Positions 1-11,149 of a stretch of 43,050 bases of DNA are shown here, one piece after another. How positions within the stretch are numbered: position 1 is the stretch's first letter; each line of letters begins with the position of its first letter. Below the pieces are notes generated by a model. It was not told the origin of the DNA. It ran no database searches and saw only the letters and a list, made by a program, of their open reading frames with translations. A program made the translations under genes and the position numbers. The stretch comes from Nemertoderma westbladi (Eukaryota; Animalia; Xenacoelomorpha). The stretch is taken from assembly GCA_032718475.1 (NCBI GenBank), contig JAUCBJ010002731.1, positions 1 to 43,050 on the forward strand. The letters run 5' to 3'.

Positions 1-1697
1 TATGTAAGATTCTACGCGCACCTTGTAAAATAAGTCTTTATTTCAAATCAAATTTATAGGTTGTAAAGTTATAATTGTGACTGTCCAGTCGCATTTGTAT
101 TATTATCATAGTGTTCATTATTGGTTATCGTTTCCCTTCGGAGCTTTACTCACGCCAAGGGATATGCTCTAATTATAATTAGGTAGAGAATTCTTGTTAC
201 TCTATACAAACAGCTGTTTATATGAAGCTTAGCTAATGGTACTATTGGGAATGTCTAATCTGTGATTGGCTACTCTCAAAATCAATTACAGCTCTGTTTT
301 GCTATGTATCATTGATTAGCTTTTAGAGTTGAGTAAAAATAATATTCATTGTTTGTTTTTTGCTAGTAATATTAACGACTATCTAATATCGTTAATAATA
401 TATTTAATATTTCGTTATTCTTTATCCTTTTATTTGATTCATTTGTATATTTGGTATCCGGCTATATTTTCCAGAGAATACGGGACAAGTTACCGTATTT
501 TAGCGCCACTCTTACGGCAATTATAATGAGATTTGGTTTAGTTATTTTCTTATAAACTTGTTATGAGAAGCATGGTCGCCCTAAGTCACTAAAGGGCGAG
601 GTCTTGGGTCACCGGAGTTTCTCTCGGAATGACGTGGAGGACGCAATAAGGACGAACGCCTGGCGGAAAATCACCTGGTATCTATGAAGACCGCAGCCTG
701 TTTATTCAGCGACGGCTGTCACTTCGATCCCTACTCGGTTTCGTGTGGATCTTCCTGTTCGCCCCAAGGCTATAGTATATTAATTAGTATTAGTGATTTC
801 ACCCTTGATATGTCATGGTCAGTATAAATATAAATCCGATCTGTTATTTATTCGTTTGTCACGATAATGGGCCTAAATATTGCCAATGCTTTAGCCTTTT
901 AGATAAGGTATAAATACGTTAATTCTCCCTAATTATAGTCCGGATTATTTTAAACAAGTTAGAAAATCACACACTAACTACATAAACGAAATGCGATATT
1001 AGTTCCGCATTTTACACTAAAATACGTGTAGTGATTCCTTCGTATTGGATCTTATAAATTTTCAGTCTCAATAGTAATATCGGATTTGTATTTATCTGTA
1101 CATGTTTGTTTATGTTCCATCCTTTGAGTCATGTTTAGATATATTTTATTGGCAACGTTTTGGTATGTTCCGTGCACTGCTCAGTGGCGTGGTGTACATG
1201 TGATGTACAGTACAGTACGTGTGTGTAGGAAATTCATACGTTATGTATGTTTCTTGTTCTTTATAATGTTGTGTATAAGGACGTCTGTCATTTTGGAAGC
1301 CGGACGTACCTTCTTGAGAACCTCTCGGGTCATTTGGGATCTGCAGTGAGGTTCGCGGGATTTATCCCGCGGGTGGTGGCTGTTCCGTTCTTACACGGTG
1401 CCCCCCTTTCAATTATGCCATGCTAGTTAGTATGAATGAATTTCCTACGTACGCGTATACAGTATCGTGTACTACGTGTACTGTATATACAGTACAGTCT
1501 GTTACAGTAAGTGCGGAATGTATCCAAGCGTGTGTTTTAGTTTAATATGTTTAAATGTGTGTAAGTGTCCGTCACGTTCTTCTAATAGAACCATGGTGAC
1601 CCAAGCCATTGTTCTTGATTATATTCTTAATAATATTATTTTTAGATTATAATACAAACTGTAATTTTGTAGAATAATAAATTAATTAATTATCATA

Positions 1698-3041
1698 ATG
1701 CCTACTACAGCAGAGCCATTGACTGTTTCGAACTATAGAAAGGTGTGTGGTAACTTGAAGAGCCGGTTTACCAAGCAGATTAACAAAGCTTCACTTAGTT
1801 TGCAGGGTAAATCGGGTACTGACCCAGAGTTGACTTCTATTGAAGTCAATAATTTAATTAATGATATTTTAGAGTTTTATGAAGATTCTAAAACTCTGTT
1901 AAACTTTTATATTGAGTCCGCTAATTCAGAACTAAAAATGCACTCCGAATTTTATCAGTACATGAAAGACACCTCTAAGACGGTGGATGATCAAATTGAG
2001 ACCTTTTATAACGAGGTAAAGCAGACGAGCGATAACTTAAAGCTCATTGCCGTGAAATTACCTACTCAATTTTTAATACCTCTACGGTTAAGTAGAGCAG
2101 AGGATGATTTAGATTTAGATCTCTCCGTTGATTATTTAGATGCTGTATCTACAGTAAAGTTGGTTGAGACTGATAAGATTTCGACTATAAATCCTACTCA
2201 CATTACAAGTCCTGTTGATTTAGCCATCACTGTAGCTGCTCTAGCAAGTACAGTAGGTAGAATGAGTGATGTAATAAAAGAAGATCGTCGAAAGGCGGCC
2301 ACAGAACGGGACGAGGATCATCGCCGCATAGATCAGCTTGTAACCCTAGTTACGGGAATATCCAAGACAACGTTTTCCCGAGAACAAGAACCCGCAATAA
2401 TTGTAACCGCTGGTCAAGGTATTACTGATAGGATTACTCATCTACCATTTAGGGTTAACCCTTCTATGAGTTCGGAAAGATCTGGCACCATAACTGATCA
2501 AAACCCTTATCAACCATTGGACCCGCATAGTGTTCTAGAACGGCGTAAAACTCATGTATCACATTCTAAGGAGGATTGGTTATATGATGGTAAATCGACT
2601 CAGATTTATGATAAGAAGGGTGACATGTGGGTCCCGGTATCTCGTGAGACATTTAATGATCGAGATACATGTGTTTCGGATCGAGACATAGATCAAGACG
2701 ATCATAGAGTCCCGAGGAAGAACACCCGATTTCGCGAAGAGGTTGAACAGAACCACTTGGATTCCGAAACGGATGAACAGAAGTTCCTAGGACTGATGAA
2801 GAATATGTTCAGTGACATGGCTAGTCAAATTGGAGATAAGATGGTCTCAGCCATTCGCGAGATGAATGATAGTAAGAGTATGAACAACGGGTCAAAGAGT
2901 TCGGATAGACTTGCCACAGGTAAGGCAAACCAACGAATGCAGGATCTTCGTACAGACTCTGATATTTCTGAATCTTACAATGTCACTACTGCCAACTTAA
3001 AGGACACGAAAGTTACAATTGTCCCTTTAATCGCGATTTAG
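1698..3041 (+). CDS. Gag-like protein (BEL/Pao-type N-terminal helical region), 447 aa
   Basis: Long intronless ORF. N-terminus RKVCGNLKSRFTKQINK resembles BEL/Pao gag starts; the end NLKDTKVTIVP continues in the -1 frame as FNRD, resembling the KLPxxxIPxFxGD motif that opens the gag capsid region. Confidence 0.55.
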   Translation: MPTTAEPLTVSNYRKVCGNLKSRFTKQINKASLSLQGKSGTDPELTSIEVNNLINDILEFYEDSKTLLNFYIESANSELKMHSEFYQYMKDTSKTVDDQIETFYNEVKQTSDNLKLIAVKLPTQFLIPLRLSRAEDDLDLDLSVDYLDAVSTVKLVETDKISTINPTHITSPVDLAITVAALASTVGRMSDVIKEDRRKAATERDEDHRRIDQLVTLVTGISKTTFSREQEPAIIVTAGQGITDRITHLPFRVNPSMSSERSGTITDQNPYQPLDPHSVLERRKTHVSHSKEDWLYDGKSTQIYDKKGDMWVPVSRETFNDRDTCVSDRDIDQDDHRVPRKNTRFREEVEQNHLDSETDEQKFLGLMKNMFSDMASQIGDKMVSAIREMNDSKSMNNGSKSSDRLATGKANQRMQDLRTDSDISESYNVTTANLKDTKVTIVPLIAI

Positions 3042-3055
3042 AGAGCGTAGACAAG

Positions 3056-3754
3056 ATGATTACCCTGCGATACATCCGAGCTTGGGAAGCGAACGCAGAT
3101 TTACATTGCGAATCCAGACATCGCTATTACCCTGGACGAGCTTACGAGGGAGTTTACGCGTTCCATCCTTATCTATTCGCGTCGATTGAACAGAAAACAC
3201 GCGTACCAAGTTACGAGTTAATGAAGCGTGTTGGTGAGTGTATTTCCACCAAGTTTGTCAGGAAATACCTTAGAAACGTTAACCCTAATGATATAACCAC
3301 ATATCACCTGATCAATTTTATCCGTACGGACCCTGAGTATGGCGACATTTTCGTGAACTCGCATCCTGAACTCCAGGAAGTATCTCGGCGCCCATATGAA
3401 TACCGAACCCGAGAACGCGAGCTGGAGAGAACCATTAAACCGAGAAAGTTCCTCACCACTCACGGTCCACCCACCGCTAGTGTCCAGACGATCCGTCAAG
3501 GACCCGTAGGAGCTGCTGTCTTGAGACGCGCTCTAAAGGCCGTTAGACCTCACTCCCCTGAGATTGATATTAATCAACCAGGTACTTCGACCGGCGGGTA
3601 TACCGATCGTAACCCTGCACCTTCTGATGCAATTATATTGCACCCTTCGCCTAGGAGCTACAGCCCACCTCGTAAAGTGGCTCGCCCCAAAGAGAAAAGG
3701 ACTCTTGCTAGCCTCAAGAAACTGCGTAAACGCCGTCCGCGCAAGAAAGACTAA
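3056..3754 (+). CDS. Unknown 232-aa ORF with basic C-terminus; probable -1 frame continuation of the gag-like ORF
   Basis: Frame is open from at least 3023 (CCC TTT AAT CGC GAT...ATG 3056); ends KKLRKRRPRKKD about 70 bp before the PPT-like tract. Confidence 0.5.
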   Translation: MITLRYIRAWEANADLHCESRHRYYPGRAYEGVYAFHPYLFASIEQKTRVPSYELMKRVGECISTKFVRKYLRNVNPNDITTYHLINFIRTDPEYGDIFVNSHPELQEVSRRPYEYRTRERELERTIKPRKFLTTHGPPTASVQTIRQGPVGAAVLRRALKAVRPHSPEIDINQPGTSTGGYTDRNPAPSDAIILHPSPRSYSPPRKVARPKEKRTLASLKKLRKRRPRKKD

Positions 3755-3832
3755 CTGTTTAGAGTATTTTTATATTTTAGAAACTGTGATTTTGTATATT
3801 TTATAGACTTAAATCCCATTTTCTGGGAGCGG

Positions 3833-5111
3833 TGTAAAAGCTTTTGTGGGATAACTGATTAGTTTGCCTTGTTGGCCAGTTCCCCCCCAGTCGCTAAGAA
3901 TACTCTCAAAGTGATCTATAACTAAAAATAGTGCAAGTTACCAGCTTATTGGCTGATTTCCTATACGCAGGCATCTGGGCTCTGTTTAATCGGCCAACAA
4001 GCCTAGGGAGGTTGCGTCATAGCCTTGTGTTGTATCTCCCAATAGAATTTGAGTTAGCCTTGATTTCGACCTATCACAGAGCACTGAACTGAAAATTTCC
4101 TATCTCACTGCTCTTTCTCTGTGTTGAACGGGAGCTTCGTGGAATAAGGGAGTTGGTATCCTCGTATAGAGCAGTAGTCACGAGTTTTTCAAAGCCACGA
4201 AAGAACGGCTTTTAGTGTTTTATGTTTTATGCTTTTTAGCTCAACACTAGTAGGTTTAATTACAAGGACATATATCCTTTAACGGACTGACCTTACATAT
4301 CATACCTAATCAAACAACCTGTGCATACTTTTATATTGTTATACTGCTATTTACTGTCAGTTCTTCATAATATGGTTGATGAATTATTATATTGGAATAA
4401 CGAGAAATAACCCCGACACCCAATATTCTTGATATACCGAAGGTAAGAGAGAAAGGTTACCAATAACGATTGTGACTTATGTTAAAGTGGTTTGAAGTGA
4501 ATCTAATGTTATTTGATAGACCCTACATGAGTCAGCCTGTGTTCCTTTTATATGTGACTAAAATCAGTGAAGATTGGCAGATTAGTGTGCAGTATTGTGC
4601 AGCATTGCGTATGAGCGAGTCTGTTAAAGAAGCAATTCCTAAAGAATGCGCCATATATGTGAATTATAATTAAGCCATATCGTTGTGAGTAGTTTAAGTC
4701 ATAACTCTGTTTATATAGATAAAGCGCCACGTCCTAAAGGAACTGTTAATATTCCCGAAGGTAAATAATATTGTCAGAGATTATATAATACTGTCAGTCG
4801 AATAATACATTAGGCTTACATAGCAATAAAATTAAACCGTCGAACCCAATCTCCCGGGAATATCCAGCGGGTGAATGGTCGCGCACGGATTGGTTTCGAC
4901 TAGTGTAGTGAATCAAATACTTGTCATAAGCTAAAAAGCGATTTAATATCTAGAAGACATCTTAATTTGGCGGGTTAAACTGCCAAAGGTCTGAAAGCGC
5001 GAACACTGTAACAATAAAATATAAACTATATATATTTGGTTTATTATTTTGATTATTGTTTGTTGGTTATGGCTAAACTGTTGGACTTGATGACTTAGAG
5101 TTAGTGTTACA
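3833..5111 (+). repeat. Candidate 3' LTR
   Basis: TGTAA...TTACA termini, preceded by a purine tract, AATAAA near 5013. No partner copy recognisable in the window. Confidence 0.35.
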
Positions 5112-5248
5112 CGTTAGTTACATTTAGGATTTGCGTCACTGGAGTAACCAGCGCAAAAAAAAACGCGAACAATTCTGTCAGCTTATTTTATATTTTTAAC
5201 TTCTTTTAATATTTAATATTATTTTTTAATTTAATAATTAAATCTCAC

Positions 5249-5371
5249 CTCGCAAACGAACTGTATATTTTTCGCGGCTTTGGTAACAGTTAGCGAGACG
5301 GGCGAAAGTCTGAAATCGTAATTGTATTGGCTGGAATCGAGTTTAACGTTGGCAACCTGAGACTGCAGACT
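5249..5371 (-). CDS. Ig-domain gene exon (end of Ig1, start of Ig2)
   Basis: ttacAG acceptor, GAG|GTGAGA donor, phase 0-0; SLQSQVANVKL...DFRLSPVSLTVTKAAKNIQFVCE. Confidence 0.8.
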
Positions 5372-5480
5372 CTGTAATGGAGAAATTAATGAGTTTGTTG
5401 TAGAGATTCTATGAGTTTTGTCGACCAACATACGTTATAGTGCGCTCCTAACCAAAACAACATTGAGTTCATTAACTCAC

Positions 5481-5758
5481 CTCTTCAGCACCAAACACAA
5501 CTAGTTTCACATCGCAGCGATATCGGATAACGTCGACATCGTCACCGTAAGACTTGTCCGTTAGTTCGCTCTCGTGTCTATTGTTACCGCATCTACGGGT
5601 TGTTTGTTCCGTGGGCGACGGGTTTATATCTCGTACGTTCACGCCGTCCCTGTACCATTCCACGACGGTGCCGGAAGGGGGACCCGTGTAGGTGCACGTC
5701 AGAGAGATGGGGTTACCCCGGGGGAGGATCTGGTCCACCGGTTTAATAGCAGGTTCGT
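5481..5758 (-). CDS. Ig-domain gene exon (Ig domain)
   Basis: ccctttAG acceptor (phase 1), GAG|GTGAGT donor; G-x-x-I-S-L-T-C, W-Y-R-D-G and Y-R-C Ig motifs. Confidence 0.88.
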
Positions 5759-6202
5759 CTAAAGGGTGTCGGCAAATAGATTTTATTATTATTATTATTA
5801 TTTATTAAGTAACTTAAGACAGAACTTTGAATTAATAACTCTTTAGCAATAGAGCAACCAGTGGGGATTGAACACGCGTCTCATGATAACAGATATACGC
5901 GATAACAGACGCAATGAAAATTCATCCCTCTCCAGGGGAAATTCGACGCGAATAACAGCTGATTACTATCAAAAATAAAACTATAATTTGCTCTATTGTG
6001 TTTAGTTTATTGTTTTGGTTAAAATAACGTGCCACTGTAACCTGCTCCTTTCCCTAAATTGAGAATTTAACATTGAGGCGGGATATTAATTCGCCAAGAT
6101 AGGATTTGCGTCCAGTTGACCCCCTGTCTCCACGATAAAGGTCCATGTATATGCTGACCACTATACCATGGATGCTCCAGTATCTTTTAGAATGATTTAC
6201 TC

Positions 6203-6610
6203 TAGTGTTTAAAAGGGATCCCGCCCGATCCCGAAAAACCGGGATCCCGGCAAAAAATGTAATCCCGATCCCGGCTTTTTTGGACCGGGTACCCGAAGTA
6301 TATAAATAGTTTCTTGAATATCTGATAAATATTTCCAACAGAACGGAAGTGTTTTGATTATATTTCATTTTTATGTCAGTAAACCATCGAGTAATCAATT
6401 GAAAAACAATTTTAATATAACTTTATATTACTAATATTTCAGAACTTTACGATAAAGTTAGTGTTACCTAAAACCCGCCAAAATTACTATTAACTTTGAG
6501 GAAATTTAATCCAAAATTGCAATCCCGATCCCGAAAAACGGGATTCCGAGAATAATAATCCCGGTTCCGATCCCGGAAATCTCAAAAAGTCTGTTCCCGT
6601 TTAAACACTA
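6203..6610. mobile_element. hAT-like MITE (408 bp)
   Basis: TIRs TAGTGTTTAAA(A/C)GGGA; 8-bp TSD ATTTACTC/ATTTACTA; many subterminal GATCCCG/ATCCCG repeats. Confidence 0.85.
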
Positions 6611-6651
6611 ATTTACTATAAGTTCTATATTTATATAATTTACTACCTTGT

Positions 6652-6810
6652 GGGGTTGGGTGCATTCTTCGCCCGCGTACAACCTTCGCCCGATTGGAGG
6701 AAAGAGGCAGGTTACAGAGACGGATTTTTCTAACCAAAACAATAAACGATGTTGTTAACACGCATTTTCAGGGCAAAGATTGGACGCGGGCGAAGTTTGC
6801 CGAGTACCCC
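6652..6810. mobile_element. Small MITE-like element with imperfect TIRs
   Basis: GGGGT...CTTCGCCCGCGT(A/C)CAA inverted at both ends; its internal CAGGTTACAG...AACCAAAACAATAAAC core recurs at ~5997-6050 (minus) and ~11494-11550. Confidence 0.55.
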
Positions 6811-6849
6811 ATGCGGCTGTTATTGAATATAGTAAATCTGTAGGCCTAC

Positions 6850-6907
6850 CCTACTGTAATACAGTTGTAGCAGTTAGGAGCTGAACTGCAAATTGAACAA
6901 ATCTTAT
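6850..6907 (-). CDS. Possible short Cys-rich exon of the Ig-domain gene
   Basis: ttccAG acceptor in phase 1 gives KICSICSSAPNCYNCIT. Donor is ambiguous and does not obviously return to phase 1. Confidence 0.3.
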
Positions 6908-7039
6908 CTGGAATGAATTGAAATTCCTGTACAAAAATGACTTAAAAATAAATTATACATTCAATGAATGTTATAATAATTATATTAATCTATACACCCC
7001 CTCCAGTCGGGGTAAATCAGCAGTACTATAAAATATATT

Positions 7040-7800
7040 TAATTTAATAAGTACAGTAAGGTCGTGGTATCGGTCGCTAGACGAGTTGAGACATAATTTA
7101 CAGATACATTCTGAGGTTGGAGAGTGGAAAGAGTTGACACAATGGAGTGAACAGAGTTTGTGATGGAATCCGTGGGATGTAAATCTGGTTATTAAATGTC
7201 GGTTTTTCTGGTTACTGTGTTTCCAAGTATTTGACTTAAAGGCCGGTCCTAATTGGTAGAGTTGATGGTTGAAATTTTCGTTGCGATCCGATCGATGTTG
7301 TTTGTAGAGTTCTAGAACGTCAGAGTTAAATTGTATGTGGGTGTTGAGTAGGATGTCGTTGATGAAGGTTTGTTGGTTAGTTGTTTAAGTGCAAGTGTGG
7401 AAGAAGAGGATATATGCAAGCCGAGAAGTCGTTTGATGGAGGTGGTCTTTATTTTATCGAGGTCTTTAATTTGGGAAGGATTAACATATATGGTCCGATT
7501 TCAGTTAATGCGTATGTGGCAATGGGAGCGATTTTAATATTAAATAATTTAATTCCAGTTTCTACAGATAAAATATGTATATTTTTCAAACAGCCGATGA
7601 TGGCGGCGTAGAATTTTTCCTTTTTACATTTAACGTGTTTGGTGAATGTCAAAGTGGGCTAGGCGGCCCCCGTTTCGGAATTTAACTATTTTTGTTTTGA
7701 TAAGGTTTACATCTAGAGAGTTCTGTTTACACCAAATGTGAAGGTTGTCTAGTCCATGCTGGATATCTCTGTCGTCGATCTGTCGTCGGCGTGGAATATA
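7040..7800 (-). mobile_element. LINE 3' fragment (RT C-terminal part and Cys/His-rich tail), deleted
   Basis: IQHGLDNLHIWCKQNSLDVNLIKTKIVKF, KLFNIKIAPIATYA, HGFHHKLC...CICKLC. Confidence 0.75.
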
Positions 7801-8386
7801 CTTTTTAGAAAGAAATGAATGTTATAAAACTTATATTCTTCTTTTACAAAAATAAAGTAACATTTTGTTGTTTTTTTACAAAAAATTCAGAATTATAAGG
7901 AAAACAAAAAATATTTTATTTTTTTTTAATTTGTTGTTTTCTTTAAAATATTCACTTTAAATTAGAAGTTAAACGCAACAAATTTTTCTCCAATTTGATG
8001 TCAATTCTGCAATTATTTTGAGTGCAATTAAATAATATTCGATATACTTTGTGAGTGAAGGTGATATTCCGGAACTTTAATCAAATAATCGAACCAAAAA
8101 TTTGATTAAACTTGTTCAAAGTATCCTACAACTAAACATTTTAATGCTAAATAATATATTAATAATTACCATCGTAATTACGGATCTGGGATAAATAATG
8201 AGAAATCAGCAGAATAAACTTCTAGATCGTTGATTGGATAAATATTTATTGTCCGCACTTTAGGGGTCAATAAAGGGGATAATTTAAAGAAAATTAGCTG
8301 TAAAAGATATCGAATCTTTGACAAAATTCTAACAACATCAACTACTTATAATTAATTAATTAATTACCCCATACTGTAGAACTCAC

Positions 8387-8618
8387 TTATAGTTTGCTGT
8401 GCTTTTATCGTGTTTACCGGCAACCCACTCCTCACTATCTCTTTACTAAAACCCGCCGATTCTAATATTTTTTTTAATTTATTTCCCGTTATATTTCCCT
8501 CCCCTTTCCCCCGATTTCCATTACTGAACGGTATATCTAATTGAATCAATAATCTCGTATTGTCAATAGTCACTGTTACTCTTTCAAACTCCTTTTCTTC
8601 CATTATGATTCTTTCAAC
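8387..8618 (-). CDS. Ig-domain gene exon 3 (SEA-like region)
   Basis: attttAG acceptor in phase 0 matching exon 2; open frame VERIIMEEKEFERVTVTIDNTRLLIQLDIPF...; ATA A|GTGAGT donor (alternative donor after 8368). Confidence 0.7.
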
Positions 8619-8934
8619 CTAAAATATAATATTAAATATTAACAAAAACAAACTTAATATAAAAAACTCATTAATATATTTGGATACAGAGTGATCCAGT
8701 CAATCAGCTGATCTGAAGGTTAAGGTGTGGGAGGCTTTGGGAAGAGGCCAAGCTAAAGAGGACAATAGAGTGATTGATGTTACAAATAAATACATTTTGT
8801 CCCCCAAGTAATAAAGGGTATCGAATCGAAGTGAGTCCTGAGTAAACCATAAGGAAAACAATTATTTAAGAATTTAAAAAACTACGATTCCAACAGTTTG
8901 TTGACCTAACATCGGTTTAGAGACAGTCACTCAC

Positions 8935-9068
8935 TGCTTGTCTGGTTTCCTCGTCCTCTTTAAGCACACGTAGCAACTCCGAACCTTCCACTAAGTCCGC
9001 CTTGACTACCTGAACGAGGACAATTACCTTACAGGATTCGTCGGAATTCTTCCTGGCAGAAAAGGAAC
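8935..9068 (-). CDS. Ig-domain gene exon 2
   Basis: tttttccAG acceptor in phase 1 matching exon 1; GSFSARKNSDESCKVIVLVQVV...ETRQA; GCA|GTGAGT donor. Confidence 0.72.
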
Positions 9069-9512
9069 CTGGAAAAATCAAATTAATTGTAAATAGAAAT
9101 AAACTGAAAATCAGAAAAATCCAAAACCTCATCTACTTCACACAGAGGTCATCAGTTTCATACTACAGTTTGTGGTGTGGATGACATAGCAACTTTGTTA
9201 GGCTGTGCCAATTACTGCCAAACAAAAAATATAGTAATATTTACCGGTAAATAATATTAATTAAATCAACTACAAATCGCAAATCGAAACTATTAAGTTA
9301 TCATTAATATCTTCGATCAATGAATTAAAGAACAGACAACTTTGAATAATAGCATATATAAATAAAGTTTCTTTTTGGTTCACTTTTCATTAAAAATACC
9401 GTAGCCTAATACACAATAAATTGTTAGGGAAAAACTAATAATTATACTGTATAATATTATTTTTTATGATATTAGATTACCGGTTACCTTATCTATAAAA
9501 GGTTAGACTTAC

Positions 9513-9564
9513 CTCCAAAACCGCAGCAAATAATAATGACAATGTATATGAGTGATAGAGACAT
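9513..9564 (-). CDS. Ig-domain gene first coding exon (signal peptide)
   Basis: atcATG; MSLSLIYIVIIICCGFG then G|GTAAGT donor, phase 1. Confidence 0.75.
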
Positions 9565-10867
9565 GATAAAATATATAATTCTCGATAATTTATAACAACA
9601 ACACAATAATATTGTCACTTAATGCAATATAAACTATAATACTTCTTCAATACTATACAAACGTGTATCCATTTACCGGTACGTAATATAGAAGAATATA
9701 GAGTGATAAAAATTATTTAGATGTAGCCTATACGGTACGCCGACAGCAAGGTGTGACTAAGAAAGCAACCTGTAGGTGCAGTAAAGTTGTGAGACCAAAA
9801 GAAAAAACAACCTAGATTCATATGACAAACTATAATTTGTGAGAGAAGTTATACCACGTCGATTTGATGATGAATTGATGAATACAAATAGATTACTTTT
9901 TCGTATAAAAATTATCGCATAAAATAATAAAATTACGAAGGGCCTAGTCTACTCCATAGCATAATGTGTCAGTCACAGCTACTTTATATATTACAATACA
10001 GTAGTTCTGTCCAATCGTACTCTATCTTTTAAAACCCTGGCTGTGGCTATGGTCGGCGACCACTGCCACTGAAGTCTTATACTCTGCTACATGTAATGTA
10101 GCACTGTGCTACATCACATACCACGAATAAAGTTATATAACATGAACAATATGAACATGATAAAACAGGACGAATAGTGATACTCAATGGAAGAGCTATC
10201 ACTTGGTTTATGAGAGGTCACTGATTCGTAAGCCACTCCCAGCGACAATTTCTCAACAGGTTTACATCTACAGTATAATATTCTAGTACTTACTATTTGA
10301 ACCAAAGAAATAGGCCTAAACCTATTCAGAAAATTATAAATTAACTTAATATTAGGATACCAACATTTATTATTAAGTTACAGGTATTATCTAACTGTAG
10401 GCTACAGTGTACAAATAGGAAACAATAACATTGTATTTATTAGGTAATATACAATGGCATTATAAACATTCTCACCTATTTTTACGTACGGTACAGTTGT
10501 TCATACAAACTAATTTATTGCCTAATACAGTACTTCCATTACAATATTCCGTATTTACCAGTCTACTGAGACATGCTACACAAACCTTAGTCCTTCGACA
10601 AACGCACTACTGTGTTTGCTTAGGCTTAGTTATATTGAAATTATATTGTTATTCGCCTACACATTAATGTATTTAATAATTGACCTCATGATGATAGCTG
10701 GTACCAATACAATGTGGATCTATTCAGAACAATAATTATAATGCCGTGATATCTATATAAATTAGCAAGCACCGTACCGGTATTTTACTATTACATTTAA
10801 ATTATTATTTACTTTCATTTTCATTACATGTATGATAGGTACCGGTACCGGTAGCCTACATTTAACC

Positions 10868-10930
10868 CAAGGACTACTGAAGCTTCAGTGGTGCAGTAGC
10901 TTCAAAGCTTCAGTGCTTCAGTAGTCCTTG
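10868..10930. mobile_element. 63-bp TIR mini-element (P- or hAT-type)
   Basis: Perfect 16-bp TIR CAAGGACTACTGAAGC; perfect 8-bp TSD ATTTAACC at 10860-10867 and 10931-10938. Confidence 0.88.
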
Positions 10931-11149
10931 ATTTAACCTAAATGCATCCTACCTTCTCCATAACTTATATATTATAGAAAGCAGTACGGTACATACATAC
11001 ATACTATCTAATCACAGTTAGTACCGGTACCGGTACTGTAGGCCTACTGTACTAAGTGGCCATAATTGCTTAAGCAAGCAGTGCTTTTCAACAAACTAAA
11101 TGAGGAAAAAAATACACTTTGAAGTCCGTCGTCGGTCCCCTTGCCCCGA

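Larger units (their letters stand above)
573..5111 (+). mobile_element. Internally deleted or non-autonomous LTR-retrotransposon-like element (BEL/Pao-like), in an intron of the Ig-domain gene, opposite strand
   Basis: Gag-like ORF; PBS-like TGGTGACCC at 1594-1602 directly after CA; purine tract GGGAGCGG (3825-3832) abutting TGTAA at 3833; AATAAA then TTACA at 5107-5111. No protease/RT/integrase motifs and no matching 5' LTR seen, so boundaries are tentative. Confidence 0.5.

Noticed and set aside
5448-5480. 33-nt intron leading to ERTITYVG
   Set aside because: Too short and runs into a stop; the acceptor at 5372 gives a 109-nt intron and an in-frame Ig continuation.
8170-8300. Extra exon of the Ig-domain gene
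   Set aside because: Candidate acceptors lead to in-frame stops or lack a convincing donor.
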